62,331 nucleotides of DNA, filler included, from 5 parts of 5 records of this genome joined end to end with filler, not necessarily neighbours in it, one strand, 5' to 3'. Positions 29,668 through 38,585 are shown, numbered from the whole stretch's first letter. Notes: a model not told the origin generated them from the letters alone. Made by a program: numbers and translations.

Positions 29668-30648
29668 TCAGGGGATGGCGGGGTGGATATTGGTCCAGCC
29701 GGGCAGAGGGCGGGTGACCCGAATGGGCAGCACGGAAGCCAGCATGTCCAGTGCCTGTTGTGGGTTGGTCAGCGGGAAGCCCCCGAATACGCGCAGGTCG
29801 GCCACTGCCGGGGACAGGTTGATGTAGCCATGCTGGTAGCGACCGAGTTCATCAACCAGCTCGGCCAGACGGATATCGTCTGCCACCAGAATTCCCTTGT
29901 GCCAGGTTTCCCGTGCGGGGTCGGCGGGGTGAATCGGTTGCAGGGCGTTGGCGGAAAAACGGGTTTGTTGCCGAGGGTGCAGTACGCTTTTCTGCCGTGC
30001 CTGGTTGGTAATTTCCACCGCGCCGTCGTAGACCGCGAGGAAGGTGGTGTCGGTTTCCCGGCGCACTGTGAAACGGGTGCCGAGAGGCTGAAGCTGGCCT
30101 TGGGGAGTAAACACCAGCAAAGGGCGTGAGTCCGCCTTGCCGGTTTCAATCAGCACTTCGCCCTGTCTCACATGGATTTGCCGTTGCGGGCCATCCAGCA
30201 CGGTGTCGATGGCGCTGTTGGTGTTTAACCACAGGCGGCTGCCGTCGGCCAGCGTCACGGCGCGAATTTCGCCTGTGCCGGTTCGGTACTGGGCGCCCCA
30301 GCCCGCCAGCAGGGTGGGCAGTGGTGTTTGCCGCCAACTCACCCAGCCCAGGCCGCCGGTACCTATAGCGAGTGCCAGGCCGGTGATGACGCTGCGGCGT
30401 TGTATGCGGTTGTGGCGAGCCTGTTTCAGGGTGGCTTCGGCGTGCACCGGGTGGGTGGCGCTGGCGGTGCTGAACTGGTGTTCAATGCGCTCCACCATTT
30501 GCCAGCCGCGCAGGTGGTCCGGGTGCTGTCGGAGCCATTGCTGCCAGCGCAACGTGTCGCTTTCACCGGCCTGCCCAGAGCGCAGCAGGGCAAACCAGTC
30601 GGCGGCGTCACTGAGAATCTGGTGATCGATGGGGGCTGTAACGTTCAT
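29668..30648 (-). CDS. fecR: FecR-family anti-sigma/sensor
   Basis: AADWFALL N-terminal domain, TM segment, TLADGSRLWLNTNS, LGTRF. Confidence 0.92.
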   Translation of the reverse strand: MNVTAPIDHQILSDAADWFALLRSGQAGESDTLRWQQWLRQHPDHLRGWQMVERIEHQFSTASATHPVHAEATLKQARHNRIQRRSVITGLALAIGTGGLGWVSWRQTPLPTLLAGWGAQYRTGTGEIRAVTLADGSRLWLNTNSAIDTVLDGPQRQIHVRQGEVLIETGKADSRPLLVFTPQGQLQPLGTRFTVRRETDTTFLAVYDGAVEITNQARQKSVLHPRQQTRFSANALQPIHPADPARETWHKGILVADDIRLAELVDELGRYQHGYINLSPAVADLRVFGGFPLTNPQQALDMLASVLPIRVTRPLPGWTNIHPAIP

Positions 30649-31181
30649 GATGGCGCGGTTGTGCCAGCGCCTTCCAGTCGCGCTTGCAGACGCAGACAGG
30701 CAAGCATGGCTTTGGAGAGATGGTTGCGCACGGTCCGTTCGGACACACCTAGCTGCGTGGCGATTTCCTTGCCGGTGAGGCCATGCACCATGGACTGGAT
30801 AAAGGCATGGGCCACCGCGTCGGGTAAGCGGCGCAGCATGGTGTCGATTTCCACCAAGGCTTCCAGGGCGGCGGTCTGCTGTTCAGCGGACGGACTTTCC
30901 TGTTCGGGCAGGTGGAGCAGGGTATCCAGCCAGGCTTGCTCGATTTCCCGGCGACGCCACAGGTCAACACACAGGCCGCGGGCCATGCGGCTCAAGTAGG
31001 CGCGGGCGGTGTGGTGGCTCAGGTGGCGGGGCTTGGTGAGCAGGCGAATAAAGGCGTCGTGAGCCAAATCAGCGGCATCATCGCGGTTACCGAGCCGCCG
31101 TTGCAATATGCCATGCAACCAACGGTGGTAGTCGGTATATAGCGTTTCCACTGACAGGGATTTCTGCGCCACCCCGGACAT
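30645..31181 (-). CDS. fecI: FecI-like ECF sigma factor
   Basis: DAADLAHDAFIRLL, RAYLSRMARGLCVD, EIATQLGVSERTV; overlaps the fecR start. Confidence 0.9.
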   Translation of the reverse strand: MSGVAQKSLSVETLYTDYHRWLHGILQRRLGNRDDAADLAHDAFIRLLTKPRHLSHHTARAYLSRMARGLCVDLWRRREIEQAWLDTLLHLPEQESPSAEQQTAALEALVEIDTMLRRLPDAVAHAFIQSMVHGLTGKEIATQLGVSERTVRNHLSKAMLACLRLQARLEGAGTTAPS

Positions 31182-31230
31182 GATCCCGCCCCCCAGCGTT
31201 GTTCTGTAAAGAATGAATGTCGAATACTAT

Positions 31231-31271
31231 TTGAGAATGGATATCATTACAATAATGAGAATGAAATGCAT
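31231..31271. promoter_or_regulatory. Fur-box region between fecI and the Fur-family gene
   Basis: GAGAATGGATATCATTACA and AATAATGAGAATGAAATGC resemble GATAATGATAATCATTATC; AT-rich patch in a GC-rich contig. Confidence 0.75.
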
Positions 31272-31369
31272 GGTGTGACGCCTGCCCCGGTTTCCGCTTT
31301 TATTCGAGAAAAATGTCACCATCGGTGGGCGTCATTCGTCTTCTATAGAGACAGGGAAAAAAATGCGCG

Positions 31370-31888
31370 ATGCAGAAGGAGCTGAAAATGGAAGGTAAGG
31401 GCATGAATGAGGCCCCGGGGCTGACCGTTGAAGTGAGTAAGGGAGAAGAGCGTGGCGGGGCGGCCAAGAGTGATGAGCAATGGTTGGCCGGGGCGGGGCT
31501 GAAAGCCACGTTGCCGCGGGTGCGGATCCTGCAGCACCTGAAAGCCGCCCACGATGAGCAGCGTCATCTGGGCGCTGAAGACATCTACGCCCGCTTGTAT
31601 CAGGCGGGGGAAAGGATTGGTATTTCTACCATTTACCGCGTGTTGCTGAACCTGGAGCAGGTGGGGTTGGTTACCCGTCATCAGTTTTCCCAGGGGGCCG
31701 TGAGTCGCTGTGTCTACGAGTTGTCATTCGGTGAACACCATGACCACATGGTATGCGTGGAAACGGAGCGGGTGATTGAATTCCGTGATCCGGTCATCGA
31801 GGCGCGGCAGGAGCAAATTGCCCAGGCCCACGGCTATGAAGTCGTTGGTCGGGAGCTGGTTATCCGGGTTCGCCGTATCACCCCGTAG
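31370..31888 (+). CDS. Fur-family transcriptional regulator (probable paralog, N-terminal extension)
   Basis: GLKATLPRVRIL, ISTIYRVL, HHDHMVC, VIEF; start uncertain (31370/31388/31403). Confidence 0.88.
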   Translation: MQKELKMEGKGMNEAPGLTVEVSKGEERGGAAKSDEQWLAGAGLKATLPRVRILQHLKAAHDEQRHLGAEDIYARLYQAGERIGISTIYRVLLNLEQVGLVTRHQFSQGAVSRCVYELSFGEHHDHMVCVETERVIEFRDPVIEARQEQIAQAHGYEVVGRELVIRVRRITP

Positions 31889-31987
31889 CCGGCAGGGCTT
31901 GGCGCTTGTCAGACCAGCGGTCAGCCCTTGCCTTGTGCTTGCCCGGTTGGGTGGGTACAACCATAGAAAGTCTTGATGGGAGGCACG

Positions 31988-32227
31988 GTGCGAGATACGA
32001 CGCAAGACAGCCATGATGACAACAACAACCGCAATCGTCGCGAAGAGAGGCCGCGCTCGCCAATACAGCGCGTGCTGGAAAAGGAAAAATTGATGTTTCT
32101 GGCGTTGGTGATGCTGGTAGCGGGCGCGTTAATGCTCGGGTTCTTCGCCCATTCGGAAGGGATTGAGGCGCGCACGGCCCTGAAGGATATCCACGTAACC
32201 CTGACTCAGGCAGCCAATTCCCTGTAG
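31988..32227 (+). CDS. Small hypothetical membrane protein
   Basis: RBS GGGAGG before GTG; charged N-terminus, one TM helix (LMFLALVMLVAGALMLGFFA). Confidence 0.55.
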   Translation: MRDTTQDSHDDNNNRNRREERPRSPIQRVLEKEKLMFLALVMLVAGALMLGFFAHSEGIEARTALKDIHVTLTQAANSL

Positions 32228-32308
32228 CAGGCTGTTGTGTTCAGCAATACGGCCCTTGATCAGGGGCAACAAGGCCGGAGGTGTCTCCGGCCTGCTTCCG
32301 TTAGTCCG

Positions 32309-33256
32309 TCAGCCTATGGCCATGCGCACTGTTTCGGCAGTGGTTATTTGTGCCGTATCGTAGACCTGCCGGCGCCGTTTCGGGTCCATCATGTTGTAAC
32401 CGAAAGCGGTCAGATCCTGCGCATTGGGCTCGATGCGGATGACGCGTTTGCCGCTTTTTTCCAACAAGGCGACTTCCCGGTCCACGATTGTGGTCATGTA
32501 GCGGCGCACCCGCCGTTCTATCTTCATCAACGGAGAGCGGGGCTGGTCCGGCTGGCGTGAGGCCATGGGGGCCAGCACGATGACTTCATCCACTGCACTG
32601 TCGGCCAGCAGGTCTGCGGAGGTGGGCGAGGCGACGCCGCCATCAATGTAGGTACGATCAGCCACGGTGACCGGCGGACACCAGAATGGCACCCCATAAG
32701 ATGCGCACACCGCATCGGCAATGGTGGCGCTGGGTGCGCCGCCCTTGCCGAAAGGAATCCGTTTGCCGCTGTCTGTGTCCACCGCCATGATCCAGGTAGC
32801 CGGGTGGCTGACCCAGCCCTTGCCGGCGGTGGCGGTATTGACCAGCTGACGGAAGGGGGCCATGTCGAACTGTCCGCGTGGTAGCAGTCCGCAGATGGCG
32901 GTTAGCGGCGAAATCTCTCCGCGCAATCCTTTCAGAGCCAGTTTGGCGCCGGTAAACCGGGCCCCGGGCAAGGGCGGGAGTGCGCCGCCGGTATCGGTGT
33001 CGTGGTCCCATTGGCAGTGGTCGCTGGTGCCTTGTTGGCAGTCGCGCAATTGGGCCACGGACACGCCGCTGCCCAGCAGGGTTGCGAGTACGGCGCCGGC
33101 GGAGGTACCGACCAGAATGTCCGCATCGCGGGCGTCCCAGTTCAGTTGCTGTTCCAGGTGGTGCAGGGCAGCAATGGACCAGGCGCCGCCGGCGACGCCA
33201 CCACAGCCGATGACCAGAGCCCGGCGTGGTGAAGATGAAGAGGCAGAATCAGCCAT
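32309..33256 (-). CDS. Patatin-like phospholipase/esterase
   Basis: GCGGVAG, nucleophile elbow GTSAG, DGG catalytic Asp motif. Confidence 0.9.
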   Translation of the reverse strand: MADSASSSSPRRALVIGCGGVAGGAWSIAALHHLEQQLNWDARDADILVGTSAGAVLATLLGSGVSVAQLRDCQQGTSDHCQWDHDTDTGGALPPLPGARFTGAKLALKGLRGEISPLTAICGLLPRGQFDMAPFRQLVNTATAGKGWVSHPATWIMAVDTDSGKRIPFGKGGAPSATIADAVCASYGVPFWCPPVTVADRTYIDGGVASPTSADLLADSAVDEVIVLAPMASRQPDQPRSPLMKIERRVRRYMTTIVDREVALLEKSGKRVIRIEPNAQDLTAFGYNMMDPKRRRQVYDTAQITTAETVRMAIG

Positions 33257-33258
33257 GA

Positions 33259-34743
33259 TCAGAATACCTCCTGGGCGGCAGGGGTGAGGGTGTAATTGTC
33301 AGCGTCGAACGTTTTCAACAGCCGTTGCATTTCCAGAGTGCTCCAGGGGAAGCCGACGCTGTTCAAGCCGTTCTTGTCCAGGTAGTAACTGGAGCAGCCG
33401 CCGGTGTTCCAGACCGTGCCCTGCAGGTCTTTCTGGACCTTGCGGTTGTACTGTTGCTGCACCTCGGCCTTCACTTCAATGCGGTCCAGTTGCTGTTCGC
33501 GCATGGTTTTCAGGGTGCTGACGATGTAGTTGATCTGCGCTTCGATAACGATAAACGCGGAATTGTGGCCGATGCCCAGATTGGGGCCGAGCACCATGAA
33601 GGCATTGGGCAGGCCATTGATGGTGGTGCCCCGGTAGGCCTGCATGCCGTCTTCCCAGATCTGGCTGAGCGACTCGCCGGCATCATTGAAAATATGGTTG
33701 GCGATGGGTGGTTCGGTGACAAAAAAACCGGTGCCGAGAATCACCGTGTCGACTTCACATTCACTGCCATCCTGGCCCACCAGCGTCTTGCCGCGGACTT
33801 CTTTCAGGCCGGTGTGGAACACATCCACATTCGGTTGGTTCAGGGTCGGGTAATAGTTGTTGCTCATCAATACGCGCTTGCAGCCAAGGGTGTAATCCGG
33901 GGTGAGTTTGGCGCGCAGTGTCGCGTCCTTGATGGCCACTTTTAGATGCGCCAGACCCAGCTTCTGGATTTGCCGCAGGAGGGTCGGGCGGCGGAAGCCG
34001 ATGCCGAACGTTTCAAAACCGCCGTAGAGCATCTTGCGCCAGGCGCTCAGGGTGAACGGCAGGCGGAAGAAGTTTTCCTCGATCTTGGGAATGCTGTGAT
34101 CTGGCTTGGGCAGCACCCATTGCGGGGTGCGCTGGAACAAGGTCAGGTGTTGGGTTTTGGGCTGTATTTCCGGGACGAACTGAATGGCTGAGGCCCCGGT
34201 GCCGACCACCGCCACGCGCTCGCCGGTCAGGTCGTGATCGTGATCCCAGCGCGAGGAATGGAACAACTTGCCCGCGAAGTTTTCCAGGCCGGGAATGGCC
34301 GGAATAATCGGTTCGTGCAGGTAGCCGGAGCAGGCCACCACGGTGCGTGCCAGATAGAGCTGGTCAGCGGTTTGCACTTCCCACAGGTTCTGGCTCTCGC
34401 GCCATTGCGCCCGTTCTACTGCCTGGTTGAAACGAATCGATGCAGGGATGTCGTAACGCTCAGCGGTATCGCGGACGTAATCGAGAATTTCCGCCTGCCC
34501 GGCAAAGGCCCGGGTCCAGTCCGGTTTCTGGGCGAAGGAATAGGAATACAGTGCAGAGGGCACATCGCAGGCGCAGCCCGGGTAGGTATTGTCCCGCCAG
34601 GTGCCGCCCAGGTCGGCCGCTTTTTCCAGGATCACAAAGTTATCGAACCCGGCTTCTTTGAGGCGAATGCCCAGGCCGATGCCACTGATGCCGGCACCGA
34701 CAATCAGGGTGTCATAAATCGGAGTGTTGGCTTGCTGTGTCAT
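33259..34743 (-). CDS. Baeyer-Villiger-type flavin monooxygenase
   Basis: GAGISG, GGTWRDNTYPGCACD, fingerprint FAGKLFHSSRWD, GTGASAIQ. Confidence 0.9.
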   Translation of the reverse strand: MTQQANTPIYDTLIVGAGISGIGLGIRLKEAGFDNFVILEKAADLGGTWRDNTYPGCACDVPSALYSYSFAQKPDWTRAFAGQAEILDYVRDTAERYDIPASIRFNQAVERAQWRESQNLWEVQTADQLYLARTVVACSGYLHEPIIPAIPGLENFAGKLFHSSRWDHDHDLTGERVAVVGTGASAIQFVPEIQPKTQHLTLFQRTPQWVLPKPDHSIPKIEENFFRLPFTLSAWRKMLYGGFETFGIGFRRPTLLRQIQKLGLAHLKVAIKDATLRAKLTPDYTLGCKRVLMSNNYYPTLNQPNVDVFHTGLKEVRGKTLVGQDGSECEVDTVILGTGFFVTEPPIANHIFNDAGESLSQIWEDGMQAYRGTTINGLPNAFMVLGPNLGIGHNSAFIVIEAQINYIVSTLKTMREQQLDRIEVKAEVQQQYNRKVQKDLQGTVWNTGGCSSYYLDKNGLNSVGFPWSTLEMQRLLKTFDADNYTLTPAAQEVF

Positions 34744-34756
34744 GGTCGGTCCGTGG

Positions 34757-35530
34757 TTACTGGTTCGGTTGCGGGCTGAAGAAATCCATCGCCCGGTTGG
34801 TCAGGTTCAGGTTGGCGACTTGCTTGGCGAGGCTGTAGATATCCGGGTAAATCACCCGGGCGCCGCCCTTACGGAACGTTTTGTAAATTCGCTCAGCCAG
34901 GACATCCGGCTTGCCGGTGGGAATAAAGCGTGAAGCGGGCCCTTTTTTCACCTGGCTGCGGGCATGGTTTTCCAGACCGGAATAGATCGGGCCGGGATAG
35001 ACCGTAATCACATTGACGCCTTGCTTCTTCAGGTCCAGCCGGGCGATTTCCGAGGCCAGGCCGATTCCCGCCTTGGCGCCGCCGTAATAGCTGCAGCCGC
35101 GAATCGGCACGCGCCCGGCCATGCTGGCCACATTGATTACACAACCGTGACGGGCTTCCACCATGGCGGGCAGGGCCAGGTCCATCAGCCGCATGGGGGC
35201 GGTGAAGTTGATGTCCAGCAGACGTTTGCCTTTTTCCCAGCCGGTGCCGGTGATGCTGATGATGTCCATGATGCCGGCACAGTTGACCAGCACGTCCACC
35301 GGGCCGCGGCGGTCTTCCAGTGATTGCCACCAGGCGGGTAGGGCGTCGATATCCGTCAGATCACAGGTTTCTGCCTGGGCTCCGTGTTGCTCGGCGGCAA
35401 CAGCCAGTTCCTCGGCATTCAAATCGACCAGGGTGATGCGGGCCTCGGGGTGGTGCTGTCGAAACTGGCCGGCAAGCTGGCCGCCAATGGCGCCGGCACC
35501 GCCGGTAATCAGGATATGGGTTGGGGTCAT
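34757..35530 (-). CDS. Short-chain dehydrogenase/reductase
   Basis: TGGAGAIG, VNCAG, NVASMAG, YGGAK. Confidence 0.9.
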   Translation of the reverse strand: MTPTHILITGGAGAIGGQLAGQFRQHHPEARITLVDLNAEELAVAAEQHGAQAETCDLTDIDALPAWWQSLEDRRGPVDVLVNCAGIMDIISITGTGWEKGKRLLDINFTAPMRLMDLALPAMVEARHGCVINVASMAGRVPIRGCSYYGGAKAGIGLASEIARLDLKKQGVNVITVYPGPIYSGLENHARSQVKKGPASRFIPTGKPDVLAERIYKTFRKGGARVIYPDIYSLAKQVANLNLTNRAMDFFSPQPNQ

Positions 35531-35542
35531 GGCTGTTGTTCC

Positions 35543-36148
35543 CTAGTGGTTGTGGTTGGCAATGGCAAGCCAGCAGGCGTCCCGTGCCTGTTTAAGGTCG
35601 CTATCACTGAGTGTCAGGTAGCCCAAGCGCTCTGCCTTGAAGATGCCGACAAAGGCGCCCCAGAACAGGGCGATGGCCAGGTCTGGTTTCATGTGGTTAC
35701 CGAGCAGGCCGGTGCGTTGGCCGATGACTACCATTATCCCCAGTGGAATCAGCAGGGCCCGCTCACTGTGTCGGCTGTGTTCGGTGAGGTAGCTGTGATG
35801 ATCTTGCATTTCCAGAAACTGGAAGGCTTCAGGCTCTTCACGGGCAAAGGCGGTGAGCCGGGCCCACAGGCTGTCGAACAGGCTGCGCGACGGGTGCATC
35901 AGGTCCAGGTCGGTGAGCAGCCGTTCTTGTAGCTGCTGCTTAGTGTCCTGGAATACTGCATTGATCAGGGCTTCCTTGCTGTCGAAGTAGCGGTATAGCG
36001 TGCCGACACCGACCCCGGCTTCCGTGGCAATCGGGGGAACCGGTGTGCCGTGCAGACCATGTTTGGCAAATACCTTGAGGGCAGCCTGGATAATCAGGTC
36101 TCGTTTGCCTTCACGTGCATTGGGAGAGGGGCTGGTGGCCAGGCTCAT
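35543..36148 (-). CDS. TetR/AcrR family regulator
   Basis: IATEAGVGVGTLYRYFDSKEAL helix-turn-helix. Confidence 0.92.
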   Translation of the reverse strand: MSLATSPSPNAREGKRDLIIQAALKVFAKHGLHGTPVPPIATEAGVGVGTLYRYFDSKEALINAVFQDTKQQLQERLLTDLDLMHPSRSLFDSLWARLTAFAREEPEAFQFLEMQDHHSYLTEHSRHSERALLIPLGIMVVIGQRTGLLGNHMKPDLAIALFWGAFVGIFKAERLGYLTLSDSDLKQARDACWLAIANHNH

Positions 36149-36166
36149 AAGAGGCTTCTCACGTCA

Positions 36167-36182
36167 GAATGAATGTTCATTC
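36167..36182. promoter_or_regulatory. Candidate TetR autoregulatory operator
   Basis: GAATGAA-TG-TTCATTC inverted repeat 18 nt upstream of the TetR start. Confidence 0.6.
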
Positions 36183-36388
36183 CGGTAATGTGCCACTGAA
36201 TGATGTCTTGGTGAAGAGGGTTTTCGGTCAAATGGGGCCAAATGACGATAGTGCATCGTAGACGCGTCGCTGGCGGCGCGTTCGCCCAAGGGTGGAAAGC
36301 TCGATTTACTCTAGAACCACTGAGCCGGCTGGGGGAAAAGGAGAGACGCTGCTGCGTTAAGGAAAAACAGTTTAGTCAGGACCCGGCA

Positions 36389-36412
36389 TCGCGCCGCTAG
36401 CGCTGCTCCTAC
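36389..36412 (-). repeat. GTAG-family REP-like sequence
   Basis: Minus strand GTAGGAGCAGCGCTAGCGGCGCGA; a second GTAGGAG start sits at the contig end (41928-41944). Confidence 0.55.
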
Positions 36413-36421
36413 GGATAGGGG

Positions 36422-36922
36422 CTAGATAAGCCCCTTCTCCCGGGCGGCGTGCTCGGTGAGCTCCGCCACCAGGGTAACCGGGCGAGCGTAGGAGCGGTCG
36501 TAGTGAGCCTGGGACAGGGCGTGGCATTCGGCGCTGATCTGATCGTACAGCTGCCGTGGAGTCAGTCCGTCGCTGGGGGGCAGTGCCCGCAGGCCGAAAT
36601 AGTCATAGGGGATCATCTTGGAGCCGGCGGCCTTGAGCAGCTCCGGCACCCAGCCTTGGGGAGACAGTTGGGGCTGGTAGCGAAGATTCTGAAAATCCAG
36701 CTCCGTAGCCAGTCGGTCGGCGTCTGCCACCACAAAATAGTTATCCACGACCTGGCATAGCAACAGGTTCAGGCGCCGCCAGACGATGGTTTTTTCCTCG
36801 TTGGTGTAGCCATTCCAGTGCACGACCTCGTGGCTGAAACGACGACAGCCACGGCAGACTGTGTCACCGAACACGGTGGAACAGACGCCAATACAGGGGG
36901 TGTGGATTCGATTTACTGCCAT
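36422..36922 (-). CDS. DUF1289 domain protein (Cys-rich, putative Fe-S/metal binding)
   Basis: TPCIGVCSTVFGDTVCRGCRRFSHEVVHWN. Confidence 0.85.
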   Translation of the reverse strand: MAVNRIHTPCIGVCSTVFGDTVCRGCRRFSHEVVHWNGYTNEEKTIVWRRLNLLLCQVVDNYFVVADADRLATELDFQNLRYQPQLSPQGWVPELLKAAGSKMIPYDYFGLRALPPSDGLTPRQLYDQISAECHALSQAHYDRSYARPVTLVAELTEHAAREKGLI

Positions 36923-37164
36923 GGCGAAATCCTAACAGAAAACCCCGGGCCTGGGAGAGTCGCGCCGGTCGGTTGCCGGTAATTTGAGCGCTTGCCTGTT
37001 ACGCCGCAGGCGGCGGGCTTCAGGGCCTGTGGGGGCGGCGCCTGCGGCTTGAGCAATGCGGGCAAATCGGCCATAGTTGGGCGTTCAACATTGCTTTACG
37101 TTGCACCCAATAATAAACAGGGCCGATCTGGACGCACCGGATACGGCAACGCTGGAGAATAATA

Positions 37165-37758
37165 ATGCGATTGGCTGTGCTGCTGGCGGCTTGCCTCTGG
37201 GCACTTTCGGGTTGTTCCGGAGTCGGGATGGGGATTCCTTCCACGCCGGGTGCTTTTCTGGATGCGCCGAAGGGAAAAACCTTTGCCCCCATGGATACGC
37301 TCGATCCGCGTAATGCCATGGTCTATATCTACCGTCCGATTACCCGCTGGGGCTATGAAGAAGTCCAGGCGCCGGTTTTTTTTATGGACTCTTCCCAGCT
37401 GTTCGGCTTGAAGGCCGGGGCCTACGAATGGCTGGAGTTGCCAGCTGGCACCCACGATTTCTACGCTCGCCGCCCGCTCAGTGTGCTGTATCTGAAGATG
37501 GTGTTTGAGATGCCGTTGAAGGTAGATGGTGGCCAGGAATACTTCTTCCGCTATTCGGAAACCCGCCCGCTGGACATGGAAGAGCTGGTTGCCAACCCGG
37601 AAGATTATCAACAGGCCGGGCCATTGCAGCAGGTGCCCCGTGCGCTGGCTCTGCGGGAAATTGCTGATCTGCGGTTGGATGAGCCGGGAGTGTATTACGG
37701 TGGCGATGACGTGAAAGAGAAGCGCTGGGCGCCGTTTTATACCTATTCGACGGAATAA
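37165..37758 (+). CDS. Lipoprotein, DUF2846-like
   Basis: RBS GGAG, lipobox LSGC, 'AMVYIYRP', 'LKAGAYEWLELPAGTH'. Confidence 0.75.
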   Translation: MRLAVLLAACLWALSGCSGVGMGIPSTPGAFLDAPKGKTFAPMDTLDPRNAMVYIYRPITRWGYEEVQAPVFFMDSSQLFGLKAGAYEWLELPAGTHDFYARRPLSVLYLKMVFEMPLKVDGGQEYFFRYSETRPLDMEELVANPEDYQQAGPLQQVPRALALREIADLRLDEPGVYYGGDDVKEKRWAPFYTYSTE

Positions 37759-37764
37759 AGACCC

Positions 37765-37910
37765 GCTACAAACGACAAGCTTCAAGCTGCAACACGGGCG
37801 GAGCTGGTGCCAAACGAACGGTTGTCTTGGCCGCGCTTTGTGCGTGTTGATGAATCAAAAAAATGGGGAACCCTTTCGGGCTCCCCATTTTCATTTTTGC
37901 AGCTAGCAGC
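37765..37910. repeat. Degenerate heptamer arrays in inverted orientation flanking a terminator
   Basis: GCTACAA ACGACAA GCTTCAA GCTGCAA (37765-37792) and TTGCAGC TAGCAGC (37897-37910). Confidence 0.55.
37857..37898. terminator. Bidirectional intrinsic terminator
   Basis: AAAATGGGGA...TCCCCATTTT stem with A/T runs, between convergent genes. Confidence 0.8.
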
Positions 37911-37917
37911 TTCTTGG

Positions 37918-38442
37918 CTAGTCACTTTCCGTCAACCGTCGCTTGGTCTGTAATAACCGCTTCCACTGCTCTACATATTCGGGCAAGGCGGGGGAGGCCA
38001 GGTTCATGCCGGTCATTTCCTGCACGGTCTGGGGGCTGACGGATTTTCCGCCGTAGACGTTAGCCACACGCAGCAGAGCGTGGGTGTGCAGCTTGCGCTG
38101 GGACTCGAAGCGCTGGTCGTAGTACACGTACTTGTCGTCCCAACCGAGGATCCGGGTGTGTACCTGGAATTGCTGATAGGGGCGCAGCTCACGGATATAG
38201 GCAATTTCGGTATTGGCCACGACACCGTTGCAGCGGGCTTCGAGCATGCGGTTGAGCAGGCCGGTGACCACGGCATGTTCCAGCCGGCTGCGGTCCATGA
38301 ACTTCAGGTATTTGGCATTGTTCAGATGCATGTTCAGGTCGATATCCAGCAGGCCCACCCGGAATTCCATGGTGACCACATCAAACAGCTGGTGCGTAGG
38401 CGGCCGTTTACGGCGTCGCGCTGCGCTGATCAGTTCAAGCAT
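37918..38442 (-). CDS. Acyl-CoA thioesterase (hot-dog fold)
   Basis: DIDLNMHLNNAKYL, 'ILGWDDKYVYYDQRF'. Confidence 0.88.
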   Translation of the reverse strand: MLELISAARRRKRPPTHQLFDVVTMEFRVGLLDIDLNMHLNNAKYLKFMDRSRLEHAVVTGLLNRMLEARCNGVVANTEIAYIRELRPYQQFQVHTRILGWDDKYVYYDQRFESQRKLHTHALLRVANVYGGKSVSPQTVQEMTGMNLASPALPEYVEQWKRLLQTKRRLTESD

Positions 38443-38585
38443 CCGATCTCCCTATGCCACGGTTATCACCGCAGCCCCATTTATTATCGTTGGTAACGTG
38501 TACAGAAAAACGCCGTTCAGTATAACGGCACTGGAACCGGTTCACACTATTTGCGGGATCGGGGTTACAGCTTTTACGTTCTCGG

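Noticed and set aside
27134-32227. Integrative element at tRNA-Leu
   Set aside because: No integrase and no duplicated tRNA 3' end seen in the contig; accessory status remains only a possibility
36240-36360. Possible structured ncRNA between the TetR and DUF1289 genes
   Set aside because: GC-rich, but I could not match any riboswitch or sRNA consensus
37003-37048. 10-bp perfect inverted repeat GCCGCAGGCG/CGCCTGCGGC in a divergent intergenic region
   Set aside because: Single GC-rich instance with no U-tract and no second copy; chance cannot be excluded
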